From Gammaproteobacteria bacterium (GTDB taxonomy: Bacteria; Pseudomonadota; Gammaproteobacteria; SZUA-152), in contig JAKEGK010000053.1 in the NCBI GenBank assembly GCA_022627515.1, positions 1 through 59,941 on the forward strand: DNA of 59,941 bases, written 5' to 3'. This document shows, piece after piece, positions 59,749-59,941 of the stretch. The notes under the pieces are model-generated. The model saw nothing but the letters and a program-made list of their open reading frames with translations. It made no database searches and was not told the DNA's origin. Position numbers and translations under genes: made by a program. The stretch's first letter is position 1; the number at the start of each line of letters is the position of its first letter.

Positions 59749-59941
59749 ATGTGTGGAATCAGTTTTATCTTTGACTCAGTTGACGAAATACTTGCCAATA
59801 ATCCAATTGATCTAATGGTCACCTGCCTGAATCATCGCGGCCCCGATGCGCAAGGGAGCGTTATCAAGCGCCATGCCGCGCTGGGTCACACACGTTTAAG
59901 CATTGTGGATATAAAAGGCGGCAGCCAGCCAATGAGCTCGA
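59749..59941 (+). CDS. Asparagine synthase (glutamine-hydrolysing) family protein, N-terminal fragment (runs off the window)
   Basis: MCGISFIFD...NHRGPDAQG...LGHTRLSIVD: an Ntn amidotransferase class-II N-terminus with catalytic Cys2. Confidence 0.8.
   Translation, partial: MCGISFIFDSVDEILANNPIDLMVTCLNHRGPDAQGSVIKRHAALGHTRLSIVDIKGGSQPMSS

Overview
This is an origin-proximal chromosomal segment of a gammaproteobacterium-like genome. GC is roughly 50% but visibly uneven. Most of the window is conserved housekeeping sequence. In order, the backbone genes are: bioA (partial); recG-ridA-spoT-rpoZ-gmk-yicC; radC and coaBC; hemY-hemX-hemD-hemC; fbp; gyrB-recF-dnaN-dnaA facing rpmH-rnpA-yidD-yidC-mnmE; lptD-surA-pdxA-rsmA; glyQ-glyS-(MazG-like)-gmhB-plsC; tRNA-Arg(CCG); and a partial asnB-like gene. 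I saw no CRISPR array, transposase, integrase or prophage genes.

The parts the backbone does not explain are:
1. An ORF-free, highly structured region upstream of bioA with 9 GGA motifs on the minus strand and none on the plus strand. Several motifs sit in hairpin loops, so this is a candidate Csr/Rsm-type sponge sRNA or a CsrA-targeted bioA leader.
2. A Hanks-type Ser/Thr kinase plus PP2C phosphatase pair inserted between yicC and radC.
3. An AT-rich, ORF-poor islet (12.9-15.0 kb) holding two orphan lipoprotein genes.
4. A minus-strand operon of a NitT/TauT-type ABC importer plus a 795-aa cytoplasmic PHP/DUF3604-like metallohydrolase. It is flanked by a leaderless ModA-like binding protein and a divergent Crp/Fnr regulator, and the substrate is unknown.
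5. A DnaA-box/AT-rich cluster in the dnaA-dnaN spacer, and a 16-nt near-palindrome present three times around recF/gyrB.
6. rsmA (ksgA) interrupted by an in-frame TAG at a conserved Gln codon.
7. A co-directional pair of a GCS2-type carboxylate-amine ligase and an AstE/AspA-type zinc deacylase.

All functional calls come from reading the translated ORFs and the nucleotide sequence. No database searches were run.
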